The position numbers and the translations under genes are program-made. A model generated the notes under the pieces. That model made no database searches. It was given only the letters and a program-made list of their open reading frames with translations, and had not been told where the DNA came from. A stretch of DNA of 64,000 nucleotides, taken from contig NC_091287.1 of the NCBI RefSeq assembly GCF_032444005.1, forward strand, positions 384,586,001-384,650,000. The letters run 5' to 3'. Source of the stretch: Ranitomeya imitator. Its lineage: Eukaryota. Positions 50,080-63,029 of the stretch are shown one piece after another. How positions within the stretch are numbered: the stretch's first letter is position 1; every line of letters begins with the position of its first letter.

Positions 50080-52570
50080 GTTATTATTATTATTATTATT
50101 ATTTATTGTTATAGCGCCATTTATTCCATGGAGCTTTACATATCAGGAGGGGTATACATAATAAAAACAAGTACAATAATCTTAAACAATACAAGTCATA
50201 ACTGGTACAGGAGGAGAGAGGACCCTGCACGCGAAGGCTCACAATCTACAAGGGATGGGTGAGAATACAGTAGGCGAGGATAGAGCTCGTCATGCAGCGG
50301 TTTGATCGATCAGTGGTTACTGCAGGTTGTAGGCTTGTCGGAAGAGGTGGGTCTTCAGGCTCTTTTTAAAGGTTTCGATGGTAAGCGAGAGTCTGATGTG
50401 TTGTGGTAGAGAGTTCCAGAGTAGGGGTGATACGCGAGAGAAATCTTGTATACGATTGTGGGAAGAGGAGATAAGAGGGGAGTAGAGAAGGAGATCTTGT
50501 GAGGATCGGAGGTTGCGTGTAGGTAAGTACCAGGAGACGAAGTCACAGATGTATGGAGGAGACAGGTTGTGGATGGCTTTGTACGTCATGGTTAGGGTTT
50601 TGTAGTGGAGTCTCTGGGCAATGGGGAGCCAGTGAAGGGATTGACAGATGGAAGAGGCCCGGGAATAGCGGGGGGACAGGTGGATTAGTTGGGCAGCAGA
50701 GTTTAGAATAGATTGGAGGGGTGCGAGAGTGTTAGAGGGGAGGCCACAGAGCATGAGGTTGCAGTAGTCAAGGCGAGAGATGATGAGGGCATGCACTAGG
50801 GTTTTTGCAGATTCTTGTACGGATGTACAAGATTCGTAAATGTACGGATTCGTGAAATATTTTTGAGTTGAAGTTGGCAGGAAGTGGAAAGGGCTTGGAT
50901 ATGTGGTTTGAAGGAGAGATCAGCATCAAGGATTACCCCGAGGCAGCGAGCTTGTGGGACTGGGGAGAGTGGGCAGCCATTTACTGTAATGGATAGGTTC
51001 GTTGGAGGGTCACGTGAGATGGGGAAAGATGATGAATTCTGATTTATCCATGTTAAGTTTCAGAAATCTAGCGGAGAATAAGGATGAAATAGTGGACAGA
51101 CATTGAGGGATTCTGGTTAGTAGGGAGGTGATATCTGGTCCAGAGATGTAGATCTGTGTGTCATCAGCATAGAGGTGATACTGAAAGCCATGAGATTCTA
51201 TGAGCTGTCCCAGGCCAAAGGTGTAAATGGAGAAGAGCAGGGGCCCTAGGACTGAACCTTGTGGGACTTTGACAGATAGTGGGCGAGGTGAGGAGGTGGT
51301 GTGTGAGCGGGAGACGCTGAATGTCCGGTCTGTGATGCCAAGGGATGAGAGGGTCTGTAATAATAGGGAATGGTCCACTGTGTCAAAGGCAGCCGACAGG
51401 TCGAGAAGGAGGAGGACAGAGTAGTGTTGCTTGCTCTTGGCGGTTAAGAGGTTATAGGTGACCTTAGTTAGGGCAGTTTCAGTGGAATAGTGTGACCAGA
51501 AGCCAGATTGTAAGCGGTCAAAGAGGGAGCAAGAAGAGAGATGGGAGGACAGTTCAAGGTAGACGTGTTGTTCCAGTAGTTTGGAGGCATAGGGGAGAAG
51601 TGATATAGGGTGATAGCTAGATACAGAGGATGGGTCAAGAGAAGGATTTTTGAGGATAGGTGTGATGGAAGCATGTTTAAAGCTTGACGGGAAAACACCA
51701 GTTGTTAGTGATAGGTTGAAGAGATGGGTTAGGGTTGGGATGAAGACTGTGGTGAGGTTTGGGATGAAGTGGGATGGGAGTGGGTCAAGTGCACAGGTGG
51801 TGAGATGCGATCTTGAGAGTAGAGTAGAGAGTTAATCTTCTGTAATGGTGGAGAAGTTGGTTTTGGAGGCGGAGGCCTGGGAAGTCGGGAGGAAGGGTTC
51901 TGGGGGTTGTTGACCAAAACTGTCTCTGATGTTATCAATCTTCTGCTTGAAAAATGAGGTGAAATCTTCAGCTGAGATAAGTGGGGAGGGAGGAGGTGCT
52001 GGGGGACGGAGGAGAGAATTGAAGGTGTTGAATAACTGTTTAGGGTTGTGACACAGGGAGGATATGAGAGATGAGAAGTTTGTTTGTTTAGCTGTGATGA
52101 GTGTGGTCTTGAAAGTAGTGAGGGACTGTTTGAATGCGATGAAGTGCTCGTTGGAGTGGGATCTTTTCCATCTGCACTCAGCAGCCCTGGGAGCTCGCCT
52201 CAGTTCTTTGGTCAGGCTGGTGTGCCAGGGCTGTCTGTTGATTTTGCGAGCTTTGGTATGTGTAAGTGGGGCAGCAGATTCCAAAGCTACAGCTATTGTG
52301 GTGCTATATAGAGTGGCAGCGTCATCCGCATTGTGTAAGGAACTTATATCTGTGAGAGGGAGGAGGGATTCAGAGAATGAATATAGGTCACAATGTTTAA
52401 GATTTCTGTGAGGGTGTGAAAGTTTGTGGGGTGGGGATTGTAGACATGGAGTGGAGAGGGAAGAGAAAGTGAGAAGGTTGTGGTCAGAGAGAGGATGAGG
52501 TGAGTTAGAGAGGTTAGATAGGGAGCAGAGGCGGGTGAAGATGAGGTCCAGTGTGTGACCATCTTTGCAC
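50080..52570 (-). mobile_element. 5'-truncated L2 LINE inserted in the Penelope-like ORF
   Basis: Tail at about 50080. Frameshifted ORF2 pieces: GHTLDLIFT (end of the endonuclease), [12 protein letters not shown] and YADDTQIY (RT), ALIISRLDYCN. Confidence 0.92.
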
Positions 52571-53525
52571 TGGTTGCACTGTTATTCTGGACACTGCTCT
52601 TTACATTAAAACAGTATATATGGTCTTAAATGATCAGTCCATGTACACACCTCTTGTGTCGGATCCCATCCTACTATACAAGCTCAAATTATCCAGTATC
52701 CTTGAGGAAGGTGTAAGATTCGGTATTTTTACAATAAAAGCCGCACTGGGATTCTCCCTGACCATTCTGTCATCCCCATTTTCCACAGTCTCCCTAAAAC
52801 CCATAGAGGCATGTTTCCGCCTCCACTCCATCCCATTGATTCTAGTATAGGGTCCCTCAACGAAAATTTAAGTTTATGGGTTAATGAACAATTTCACCCT
52901 TTAATCATTAGAATTCCAGGTTATCTCAAGGACACTTCTGTTTTATGGGTGTTTGAACATTTTCGCTGGGAAGACAACTTTAGGTTTTTAACATGTGATG
53001 TTGCTAATTTGTACTCCACTATTCCTCATCATTTAGCAATCCAAGTCATTTTATATAATTTAAATAGATACGGCAATTACTCTGTCAACCTCAAATGCTT
53101 TATTATCAAATCACTCTTGTATATTTTGAATCACAATTTTTTTATGTTCAATTCCCAATTCTATCTGCAAATACTGGATGCCCCCATGGGCTTGAGATTT
53201 TCTCCATCTCTTGCAATTCTATGGCATGGTGGGAGGAATTGTAAATTTTTACTGAGGCTAATCCTTTCTTTAATTCGATTTTTGGTTTGGGAGATATGTG
53301 GATGTTTCACTATTTGTATGGCAGGGAGCTCCATCAGATGTCAAGTTATTTCAGATTTATCTAAATTTGAATGATTTAAATCTAAGTTTCACTGCCAGTA
53401 TTCCCAGTACCGATACCCCCTTCCTGGACATTCACTTAGCGGATGACTCTGTCACACATCAAGTACATACCTCCCTCCATAGGAAGGATCTCTCAGGTAA
53501 TATGGTACGTCTGTCTTCATCATCT

Positions 53526-54414
53526 TGTGACGCCCAAGAGACCGGGGTACCCAGCACCGGACCAATGGGGTCTGTCTCTTGAGGGGGGTGTCACGGGTGG
53601 CTTGACCCGGTGCTGTGGCCTCAGGCAATGCACAGTGTAAGGGGTATCGTGAGGGAACAGGCACTTACTTGATCAGCAGCAGGTTCTCCCAGCGGTGATG
53701 ATCCCAATCCTGGATAGATGGCTATTGTCCAAATGAAAGACTGAGGCACTGAAACGTTTAACCAGTTTACTTTAACAAAAAAGGATTTACAACCAGTCCT
53801 GTCACCGGAGTCTGTATGGGAACTCTGAGTTACTTTGACCCTGCCGGGGTCTTCGCCTCTTATTGTACGCAATATCTGTGTGGCCCTGCTGCTGTATGTG
53901 AACTGGCTGCCGGCCCAATCTGTCCCCTCCGGGTCCTGGTTCGACGGGCAACCCGAGTCCTTTTATCGGCTTACCCCCTCCAGGAGTACCGCTGAACTCT
54001 GTGTCTGTTGCTGCGTCCGACCCTAGTGAAGCTGATATCACCTCACGTTTTTCCGGTTGCTGTATTATATGTAATGAATACAGCCACGGATCCGGTATCC
54101 GTCTTTGCGCCTGTTCTGGGTAGTGATTAATGCTACCCGGTTCTCACAATGTCCTTTTTCTCTATCCCTCTTCTCCTCAGGCCGGTGATTTAGGCCTGGT
54201 AACAGTCACAGAGCTGTTAGAGATTCAACTGTATGACCTCTCACTTTCAGCTCCTTAGCCCAACTGCCAGTTCTTCTCTCAGACCAGAATGGATCAAGGG
54301 GAGTCTCTGGAGCTCCCCCTTCTGGCCGGAGGTGGTAGTGCAGTCTTGCTATTTTAGTATTTGCATTTACTGTCAGTAACTATTTTTGTGGCAAATACCC
54401 CTAGGGGTGCCACA
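53526..54414 (-). repeat. 3' LTR of the Gypsy element
   Basis: Direct repeat of 60541-61429. Preceded on the minus strand by the PPT AAGGGGGAA. Confidence 0.97.
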
Positions 54415-54896
54415 TTCCCCCTTAGTTAAGAACAGTACTCCGGGACTGTGGGACAATAACATTTTGAAATAACAATTAATATGTACAGAGTCTTAAAAAT
54501 GAAAAGTTACAAAAACCACTCAAGGAAACAAAAATAGAGTTCTGTAAAAAGTCACTTCAAATAGCGTCCATTAATACAGTTCTATCCTTGAAGGTATTAG
54601 GAAAGGCACTGTACTTAGTGTCCAGGAATTTAGTTCCATTTTTCCAACGGAGTTATCAATATAAAGTCTAAAGAAAGTTCAAAAAGAGCGAGGAGCAAAG
54701 TTCAAAAAGCAGTCTTTCCGGAGCTTTGATATAGTGCCTCCGGGCTGATAAAAAGTTCAAGAATATGCAAGAAGTTCATACAGACAAGTCTCTGTAGGCA
54801 CTGGGCTTAAACGTTGCAGACTGATAACAATGACTATACTACATTTTCTGTTTAACTATATACGGCATAACATATATACAATTCACATTATGAGCT

Positions 54897-57800
54897 TTAT
54901 AGTTGGTAATCTGCATACCTGGCCTGTAATTGACCCTGGGTACTACGCTGTGATCTACGTAATAGCGGTGTCTCTTCATGTGGTGTACTACTGTCTACTG
55001 CGGATGTAGTATCTGCCCGCTCTGCTAAAGATAATTCCACGACTATAGAGTTGGCAAGTCCACCGTGAATGGGATTACTCTGACCAGGAATCTGTTCTTC
55101 CTGGCCTGGAATCTCCTGTAGTACGGGGTCAGCCTCTTCCTGTCTTGGGACTTCTGGTATTGGGTTTGGTGTTGGGTAAAAGGCCACCATGGGAACCACT
55201 ACTGCACCATGGTATGTTAGTAGGGTTTTGGGAAAGTCTCCTATACAGGTGTGATACACTTCCTCTTCTTTTTCCTTTACTGGTTGAACCTGTATGGGTT
55301 GAATAACTTCTGGTTCTGGCTGGACAACGTCTGGCTCTTTCAATGCTTCCGGACATAATTTAAGATTGTCTCTTGACACTAGTACAGATGTTAAGCCTCC
55401 GTTTTTGCTAATGAGACACATTTTAGGATTATCCACTCTTGTTGGTAAAACTATGTAGGGTACGGCTTCCCACTGATTGTCCAGTTTATTGGTTCGACGA
55501 TTTCTCTTGAGCACTTGGTCACCTGGTCTTAATGGGGTCGCTAGAGCATTCTGGTTGAAAGTTTGCTCTTGTCTTTCTCTAGTTTGCTGAAGGCTTCTTT
55601 CCACACTCTCTTGCACTTGGCGATACTGCTTTTGCCGTATGATATCCCAATTGGAGTCTTGGACTTCTGCGTCTGGTTTCAGAATTCCCATTTCTAGATC
55701 GATTGGTAATTGGCCGGGTCTTGCACGCATAAGGTAAGCTGGGGTGCAATTGGTGGAACTCACCGGGACATGATTATACAGATCCACCAAGTCAGGCAAT
55801 TTCTCTGGCCATTGATTCCTTTCTGCCTCAGGTAAAGTCTTTAGTAGTTCTATTACAATATGGTTCATCTTCTCGCATAAGCCGTTTGTTTGTGGATGAT
55901 AGGCCGTCGTCCGGATCTTTTTGCAACCATACATATTACAGAATTCTCTGAAGATCTCTGATTCAAAGGCTGTACCTTGGTCGGTGAGAACCTGTTCCGG
56001 ATATCCATGGGGTCTACAAAAGTACGTTTGGAACGCTTTGGCTGCTGTTTTTGCTGTCAGATCTTTTACGGGTACTACTACCAAGAAGCGTGAATAATGG
56101 TCCACGATGGTCAAGGCATAGACATAGCCAGACCGGCTTGGTGTCAACTTCACGTGGTCCATGGCTACAAGTTCAAGTGGTTGTTTGGTGATTATGGGCT
56201 GCAGTGGTGCTCTTTGGTTCTTTTGATCGTTTCTTCTGAGGTTGCACGGGCCACAATTTCTGCACCACTGTTCGATTGATTTTCTCATCCCGACCCAATA
56301 AAATCTTTCTCTTAGAAGTACTTCTAACTTTTTCCAACCGAAGTGACCAGCACCATTATGGTAAGCTTCGAGGACCATCTTGACATCTTGTTTAGGCACG
56401 ATAATCTGCCAAACCAATTCATGTGTTTTCGGATTGGTGTACCTTCTACAGAGCTTCCCTTGATACAGGAACATTTTGCCTCTCTCTTTCCAGAGTTGAT
56501 GCGTCTCTTCTGGGGCATCCTCATCGGGATATGCACTTTGCTCAGTTAACAGTTCCTTCACCAACTTCACAGCCGGATTGCTGTCTTGGGTGTCAGCCCA
56601 TCTATGGTGTGCTAACGGATTTAAATTCACCTCTTGTTGTTTCTGATAGGTACTTGACTGATGATGTTTTGCCTTGGGATGATGGAAGGCTGGTAGTTCA
56701 ATTTCTTCAAGCTCCCCCATTTCTTCTTCTACATCTCTCAAGTGTGGCATCCGGGATAGGGCATCGGCATTTCCATTCTTGCGACCTGCTCGATACTTGA
56801 TCTTGAAGTTGTAATTAGATAACCGGGCTATCCATCGCTGTTCTAACGCACCTAATTTGGCTGTGTCCAGGTGGGTCAACGGATTGTTGTCAGTATAGAC
56901 AATAAATTCTGCAGCGGCCAGATAGTGTTTGAAACGTTCAGTCACAGCCCAAACTACTGCCAGTAGTTCCAACTTGAAGGAGCTGTAATTTTCTGAATTT
57001 CTTTCAGTAGGCCGGAGCTTTCTACTTGCAAAGGCGATGACTTTCTCCCGACCTTCTTGCTTTTGTGACAGCACCGCTCCTAGTCCCACATTACTGGCAT
57101 CGGTGTAGAGGATGAAAGGTTGATGGTAATCTGGGTATGCCAGAACCTCTTCTCCGGTTAGTGCCTTCTTTAGTTGTTCAAAGGAGTCTTCCCTTTCGTC
57201 GTTCCACTGAAAAGGAGGGTTTCGGTTTGAAGGTTTCTTCGTCTGCCCTACCAAGGTGTCTTGCAAGGGTGCTGCCAACTTGGTAAATCCTTTTATAAAT
57301 CTGCGATAGTAACCCACCAATCCCAGGAATTGTCTCACTTCTTTTGCGCTGGTAGGTCTTGGCCAATCCCTTATGGCGCTTATTTTCTCGGGATCTGGTG
57401 CTACTCCCTCCGAACTCACGATGTGTCCCAGGTACTGTACCTTTGGCTTGAGAAGGTGACATTTGGATGGCTTGACTTTCATGCCATACCTGGATAAGGC
57501 TTCGAACACTTCTGCCAGGTCTATTAAGTGTTGTTCGTAAGTCTTTGAGTAGACGATCACATCATCTAGGTACAGGAGGACGGTCTCGAAGTTCTTGTGT
57601 CCGAGGCAGCATTCCATCAGCCGCTGGAAGGTACCGGATGCGTTGCAGAGTCCGAACGGCATGCGATTAAATTCACATAGACCCATTGGTGTGGTGAATG
57701 CCGTCTTTTCCTTATCTCGCTCAGCCACAGGGACTTGCCAATACCCGCTTGTTAAGTCTAAGGTGGAAAAATAATTAGCAGATTTCAAAGCAGTTAAGGA

Positions 57801-59033
57801 CTCTTCTATCCTAGGCAAGGGGTAGGCGTCTTTATGGGTGATGTTATTAATCTTCTGGTAGTCTACGCACATTCTCATGGTTCCGTCCTTTTTTTTGACA
57901 ATCACTAGAGGGGCCGCCCAGGGGCTACAGCTGTCTCTTATTACCCCGGCCTGTTTCATCTCCCTCAGCATATCTTTTGCACATTGATAGTGAGCGGGCG
58001 GTATGGGTCTATATCTTTCTTTTATTGGGGGATGGTCACTGGTGGGGATTGTGTGTTCTACCCCTTCTATCCGTCCGAAGTCCAATTGGTGTTTACTGAA
58101 GACTTGTTCATATTCCGTCACTAGCCTATACACCCCTTGTTTTTGATGGGTAGGTGTTGAATTTATGCCCACGTGTAGCTGTTGGCACCAATCCTCCATT
58201 TCTCCATCTGAGCCATTGCCTTCCACCTGACAGGTTGGTTCTAAGGGCTCAATGGTTGTGATGGCATTGTTGTCAACAGTATATAGCTTTGCCATTGTAG
58301 CATACCTTGGCAAAGTGACCTCTTCCTCTCCACAGTTCAAAAGTCGTACCGGCACTCGTCCCCGGTGTACCTCGACTATCCCTCGTGCTGTGAGTATAGT
58401 GGGCCTGCTGTCGGTGTACACTGGTTCTATTAAGGCTTGATAATCTCATCCCTTAGTACCAATGGCTGCTCTACACCATACCAGCATTTCTGTTTTTGGT
58501 GGGATTACAATAGATGTTGGATCACTTACCCTCACACTGCCGATTTCTCCACCTGCAACTTCTACCTGTTGCCTTAACATCAATACTTTTATTTCCCTCC
58601 GGAGAACTCTCTGCTGGCAGGATTGGGCAGTTTCAGCAATTTGCTGTAAGACAGAAATGACTTCGGAAAAGCAGTTCTCTAACACATTCATTCCTATCAA
58701 TACAGTTGGTTCACGGTTCCGCCGGTCAACATCAACAACAATTATACCCTGTTTCTTCAATTCTACTTTACCAATCTTTATGGTCATCTCCCTGAATCCT
58801 AGTTTCGGTACCAACTTACCATTACTGGCCCATATATCTAGTTCAACATCAGAGGGCCCTTTATCAATATCTGCATCAGCCCAGTACCTCTTATAAAGGA
58901 TATACGGTATAGATGAAATCTGGGAACCCGTGTCCAGCAAAGCGTTGAGGGGCATTCCGTCCAGCACGATAGGGATAATGGGTCGTCCTCCGATGTACCT
59001 GTCGTGCCAGGGTGTTGGGCCTTGAAAGTTCAT
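54897..59033 (-). CDS. Gypsy pol (PR-RT-RNaseH-IN) with one in-frame TGA at 58446-58448
   Basis: ALLDTGSQ (protease), PWAAPLVIV and YLDDVIV (RT), LYTDAS (RNase H), HHCC and DDE integrase. ORFs 58446-59033 and 54897-58421 are in the same frame. Confidence 0.93.
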
Positions 59034-60070
59034 TCCTGCGAAGCGGCCCGCATTCCCAGGGGATTCCCGTTTAAATCACAATCTCGTGCAAAGTGGCCTG
59101 GCTGCTGGCAACGGCGGCAAATGGGCTGTCCATCCGGTTGGTAGCGGTCGCGGGGTCGTCCTCTCCATGTCGGGTATCTCCGGGGTCTCATCCATGGAAC
59201 ACCTTCTCTACGGTTTGACCACTCCATCTTGGGTCCTCTCATCTCCTGCATGGTTTTAGCCATTGAAGCAACAACATCAGTTAAAGAGTCAAGCTTTTGT
59301 TGAAGAGCCTCATTAGTACTGGGCCCCAGGGGCTTAGCAATGGCCCCGGACATAGCTGATGTCACTGGTACTCCATGTTGTTGAGGAGCCTCTGCCATGA
59401 GTTGCGCAGGATCCTGATCCCGAGGTGCCTCTGCCAGCTGGAGACGTATAACGCTCTCCTTTAATTGGGCAAATGTCAATTCAGGGTTCTTAAAAACAAG
59501 CATGCTCACATGCCCCCGGTGAGAAGGGGTGTAGAGTCCCTCAATAAATTGATCTCTTAGCAGTTTATCCGCTCCGGTGTTAAAAATGGGTTCAGCCAGT
59601 GTAAGTGATTTAAGGGCTTCCTGCAGGTTTAAGGCAAAGTCTCTCACGCCCTCATTAACTTTTTGTTTGCAATTAAAGAATCGTACTTTAGCTTTGCTGC
59701 TGGCAGTGGTTTCAAATGTAGCTTTTAATCCAGCAAATATGCGTTCAACAGTGCCTTTTAGATCAGCTGCCCATGCTGTGACTTCTCGCTTAGCATGGCC
59801 ACTTAACTGCATCATCAGGAGACTAACACGCTGAACTTCACCCACAGGGAACATGTCAAAATGGGCCAGCATCTTTTCTCTGAAATCGTCAAGGGTATTA
59901 GGCTCACCTTCATACATTGGAAGCCATGGGCCACCCGGGGTATATGGCATCAGCACCGGCATGATGGGCGCCACTCCTTGCACCGCTGTGCTACCGGACT
60001 CTCTATCGACACTCTGTCTTTCAGCTGCATTAGCGTCGCCGGGTGCTGCGGCATCTCCGTGCTGCGACAT
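59030..60070 (-). CDS. Gypsy gag, 346 aa
   Basis: Capsid-like region (LLRDQFIEGL) and a CCHC knuckle CRRCQQPGHFARDC. Confidence 0.92.
   Translation of the reverse strand: MSQHGDAAAPGDANAAERQSVDRESGSTAVQGVAPIMPVLMPYTPGGPWLPMYEGEPNTLDDFREKMLAHFDMFPVGEVQRVSLLMMQLSGHAKREVTAWAADLKGTVERIFAGLKATFETTASSKAKVRFFNCKQKVNEGVRDFALNLQEALKSLTLAEPIFNTGADKLLRDQFIEGLYTPSHRGHVSMLVFKNPELTFAQLKESVIRLQLAEAPRDQDPAQLMAEAPQQHGVPVTSAMSGAIAKPLGPSTNEALQQKLDSLTDVVASMAKTMQEMRGPKMEWSNRREGVPWMRPRRYPTWRGRPRDRYQPDGQPICRRCQQPGHFARDCDLNGNPLGMRAASQE
59069..59075 (-). promoter_or_regulatory. -1 ribosomal frameshift slippery heptamer U_UUA_AAC
   Basis: The gag frame reads GAT TTA AAC. The -1 frame is open and continuous into the protease ORF. 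Confidence 0.7.
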
Positions 60071-60520
60071 ACTGTGCCCCCTTAGTTAATCCGGACCCTT
60101 CCGGTCCTCCGCTTCCGTCGGGATAGTGTAGATTAGTTCCGCTGTGCAGCAGGATCGATTTTCCCCTTGCTCTGATGTCAGAGCGCTCAGCTTGGTGCCG
60201 CCCACAATGACACGCCCCCTGCTGCTCCCACCCACCGCGCTCTGTAATGGCGGATTCTGAAGTTTTTCAGTTAGACTGGGGCTCAGGTGATGGCGTAGCT
60301 CAATTAACAGTCTCGTGCCTAACGGTTATGAAGTGATTACCTCAGGGGATGGCGGCCATCTTTACTCCATTATAACCAATGGGGAAATGTCACTTTCAAT
60401 AGTTTTCAATGGAGAATGGATTTTTCTTTAATAAAGTCAATTTTCAAGATTTTTCATCCAAGTTTTCACAGTTTTGGGCTCCAATCACGGCACACAATAC
60501 CCGGTATATGGGCTGGCTAG

Positions 60521-60538
60521 ATCCTGTTCGTGACGCCA
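60521..60538 (-). promoter_or_regulatory. Primer-binding site, probably tRNA-Ser(CGA)
   Basis: TGGCGTCACGAACAGGAT lies 2 nt inside the 5' LTR boundary. It is complementary to ...ATCCTGTTCGTGACGCCA, recalled as the 3' end of a vertebrate tRNA-Ser(CGA). Confidence 0.75.
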
Positions 60539-60540
60539 AT

Positions 60541-61429
60541 TGTGACGCCCAAGAGACCGGGGTACCCAGCACCGGACCAATGGGGTCTGTCTCTTGAGGG
60601 GGGTGTCACGGGTGGCTTGACCCGGTGCTGTGGCCTCAGGCAATGCACAGTGTAAGGGGTATCGTGAGGGAACAGGCACTTACTTGATCAGCAGCAGGTT
60701 CTCCCAGCGGTGATGATCCCAATCCTGGATAGATGGCTATTGTCCAAATGAAAGACTGAGGCACTGAAACGTTTAACCAGTTTACTTTAACAAAAAAGGA
60801 TTTACAACCAGTCCTGTCACCGGAGTCTGTATGGGAACTCTGAGTTACTTTGACCCTGCCGGGGTCTTCGCCTCTTATTGTACGCAATATCTGTGTGGCC
60901 CTGCTGCTGTATGTGAACTGGCTGCCGGCCCAATCTGTCCCCTCCGGGTCCTGGTTCGACGGGCAACCCGAGTCCTTTTATCGGCTTACCCCCTCCAGGA
61001 GTACCGCTGAACTCTGTGTCTGTTGCTGCGTCCGACCCTAGTGAAGCTGATATCACCTCACGTTTTTCCGGTTGCTGTATTATATGTAATGAATACAGCC
61101 ACGGATCCGGTATCCGTCTTTGCGCCTGTTCTGGGTAGTGATTAATGCTACCCTGTTCTCACAATGTCCTTTTTCTCTATCCCTCTTCTCCTCAGGCCGG
61201 TGATTTAGGCCTGGTAACAGTCACAGGGCTGTTAGAGATTCAACTGTATGACCTCTCACTTTCAGCTCCTTAGCCCAACTGCCAGTTCTTCTCTCAGACC
61301 AGAATGGATCAAGGGGAGTCTCTGGAGCTCCCCCTTCTGGCCGGAGGTGGTAGTGCAGTCTTGCTATTTTAGTATTTGCATTTACTGTCAGTAACTATTT
61401 TTGTGGCAAATACCCCTAGGGGTGCCACA
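60541..61429 (-). repeat. 5' LTR of the Gypsy element
   Basis: Direct repeat of 53526-54414, with 2 differences seen by eye. Confidence 0.97.
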
Positions 61430-61826
61430 TTCTCATCCTCATCACACCATACAAGCCATACCATATGGTGAATTTAATCGAGCTAGACGCATTTGCTCCA
61501 ACAATGAAGCTTTCTTTCATGAAACTGAAATTACAGGCAAACGTTTGAGTGAAAGAGGTTACAAAAATCATAATATTAAACATGCTTTCAATAAGGTTGT
61601 TAATAAACCAAGATCAATCCCTTCTCATGATGCATCTTTGCACTCATCAAAAGATAAAAATTCCCTGATCACTTTCTCAACACCGTATAGCTACAATTTA
61701 ATGAAATCAAGGCGATTATAAAAAAAACTTGATGGAGGCCCGAAGCTATTGTATCAGGAGGGGGGTAATGTCCCGATGGGGGCAGGCTTTGCAGCATTGA
61801 GAATATCCCCCCCATGTGCTCACCCA

Positions 61827-62027
61827 TCAATCCACTCTCTTTTTCACCATGTGCTGACTTCTCCCATCTGTGCTCTCTTCTTTGACCTGTCTACCCCATG
61901 TGCTATATGTATTGTTTTTGTCCCAGCGATGCTGTTGCTCTTCAAGAGTCTCATTTGCCCATTGTTGTCTTCGAAATTGTGCCTTTAATGCTTTCCTTTC
62001 ATTGTCATTGGCATACTTTTTAGGAAG
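61827..62027 (-). pseudogene. Helitron-like N-terminal (STPR-like) coding fragment
   Basis: Open frame LPKKYANDNERKALKAQFRRQQWANETLEEQQHRW resembles the R..RANETPEQ repeats of Helitron Rep-helicase N-termini. Recognised from memory only. Confidence 0.35.
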
Positions 62028-62058
62028 AGCAATGTTGGCAATGATATTTGCTTTTTAG

Positions 62059-62381
62059 AGGGGTTTTCCCATGAACAAAAATTCATTTTAAAAATTGTCT
62101 GGGTCTGATCGTGTACAGAACAAACAACAGCTCCTGGGCAGCCAAAGACAATACTGACATTACAGCAGGAGATCGCAGTGGATACATTTTGTGAGGGAAA
62201 ATATTGTTTAAAAACAGTCAGTGAAGTATTTTACCTGACAAAATGAATCCTCTGTGATCCCCTGGTGTAATGCCAGTATTGTCTTTTGTTTCCTCCCCTG
62301 CCAAGGAGATGTGGTATGCTCCGTACACGGTCAGACACAGACAATTTTTAAAATAAACTTTCGTTTGTGGGAAAACCCCAC
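62059..62381. mobile_element. T2/Kolobok-type MITE
   Basis: AGGGGTTTTCCCATGAAC ... GTTTGTGGGAAAACCCC inverted termini with TTAG/CTAA-like flanks. Confidence 0.6.
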
Positions 62382-63029
62382 TAATGTGACCGGCTTCCTC
62401 TGCCTGTAGACATGTCTTGTATCTGCCACCGGGATCAGCCGAATGATTCACTGCACCTGTGCAAAATTCGCGCAGGCGCAGTAAATCAGACAGCTGCTAT
62501 CTTTGTGCAGACAGATAGCGGTGGTCACATTAAAACTGCACATGTGCTCCTCCTGTACAAAGATTGTGGCAGTTAGTGAATGATTCGGGTGATCCCGGCG
62601 GCAGCATGTTCACAATGGTGTTCTGCTTCTTGGTACAGCGCAAGAGGCTGCATACGGCGTGTACAGTGTGTGTGCGTGGTGTGTACGGCATATACAGTCT
62701 GTTTGTGCATGTGTGCGTGCGTGCGTGTGTGTGTGGGGCGACAGTGTTCCACTGGTGGTACCGCGCAGGAGACTGCGTACGGCGTATACAGTTTGTGTGG
62801 TGCATACGGCGTATACAGTGTGTGTGGTGTGTACGGCATATACAGTATGTCTGTGTGTGTGTGTGTGTGAGTGTGTGTGGTGTTCCGCTGGTGGTACCGC
62901 GCAAGAGGCAGTTTCCATATTGAGACACCCATCACTTGGGTATCCCAATATGGTGGTCGGTGAACTTCCGCTGCTTGGAATTCTGGGATCCAAACACATC
63001 TGAACGGAACAGGATGTGAAGACATTACA

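Larger units (their letters stand above)
53526..61429 (-). mobile_element. Full-length Ty3/Gypsy LTR retrotransposon
   Basis: Two 889-bp TG...CA LTRs, gag and pol ORFs, PBS, PPT, and a 4-bp TSD ATCT/TTCT (3 of 4). Confidence 0.97.

Noticed and set aside
53452-54041. ORFs duplicated at 53.4-54.0 kb and 60.4-61.1 kb
   Set aside because: Incidental frames within the two identical LTRs.
58446-58448. Programmed stop-codon readthrough in Gypsy pol
   Set aside because: The context TGA-GAT is not a known readthrough context, and a CGA>TGA mutation is simpler.
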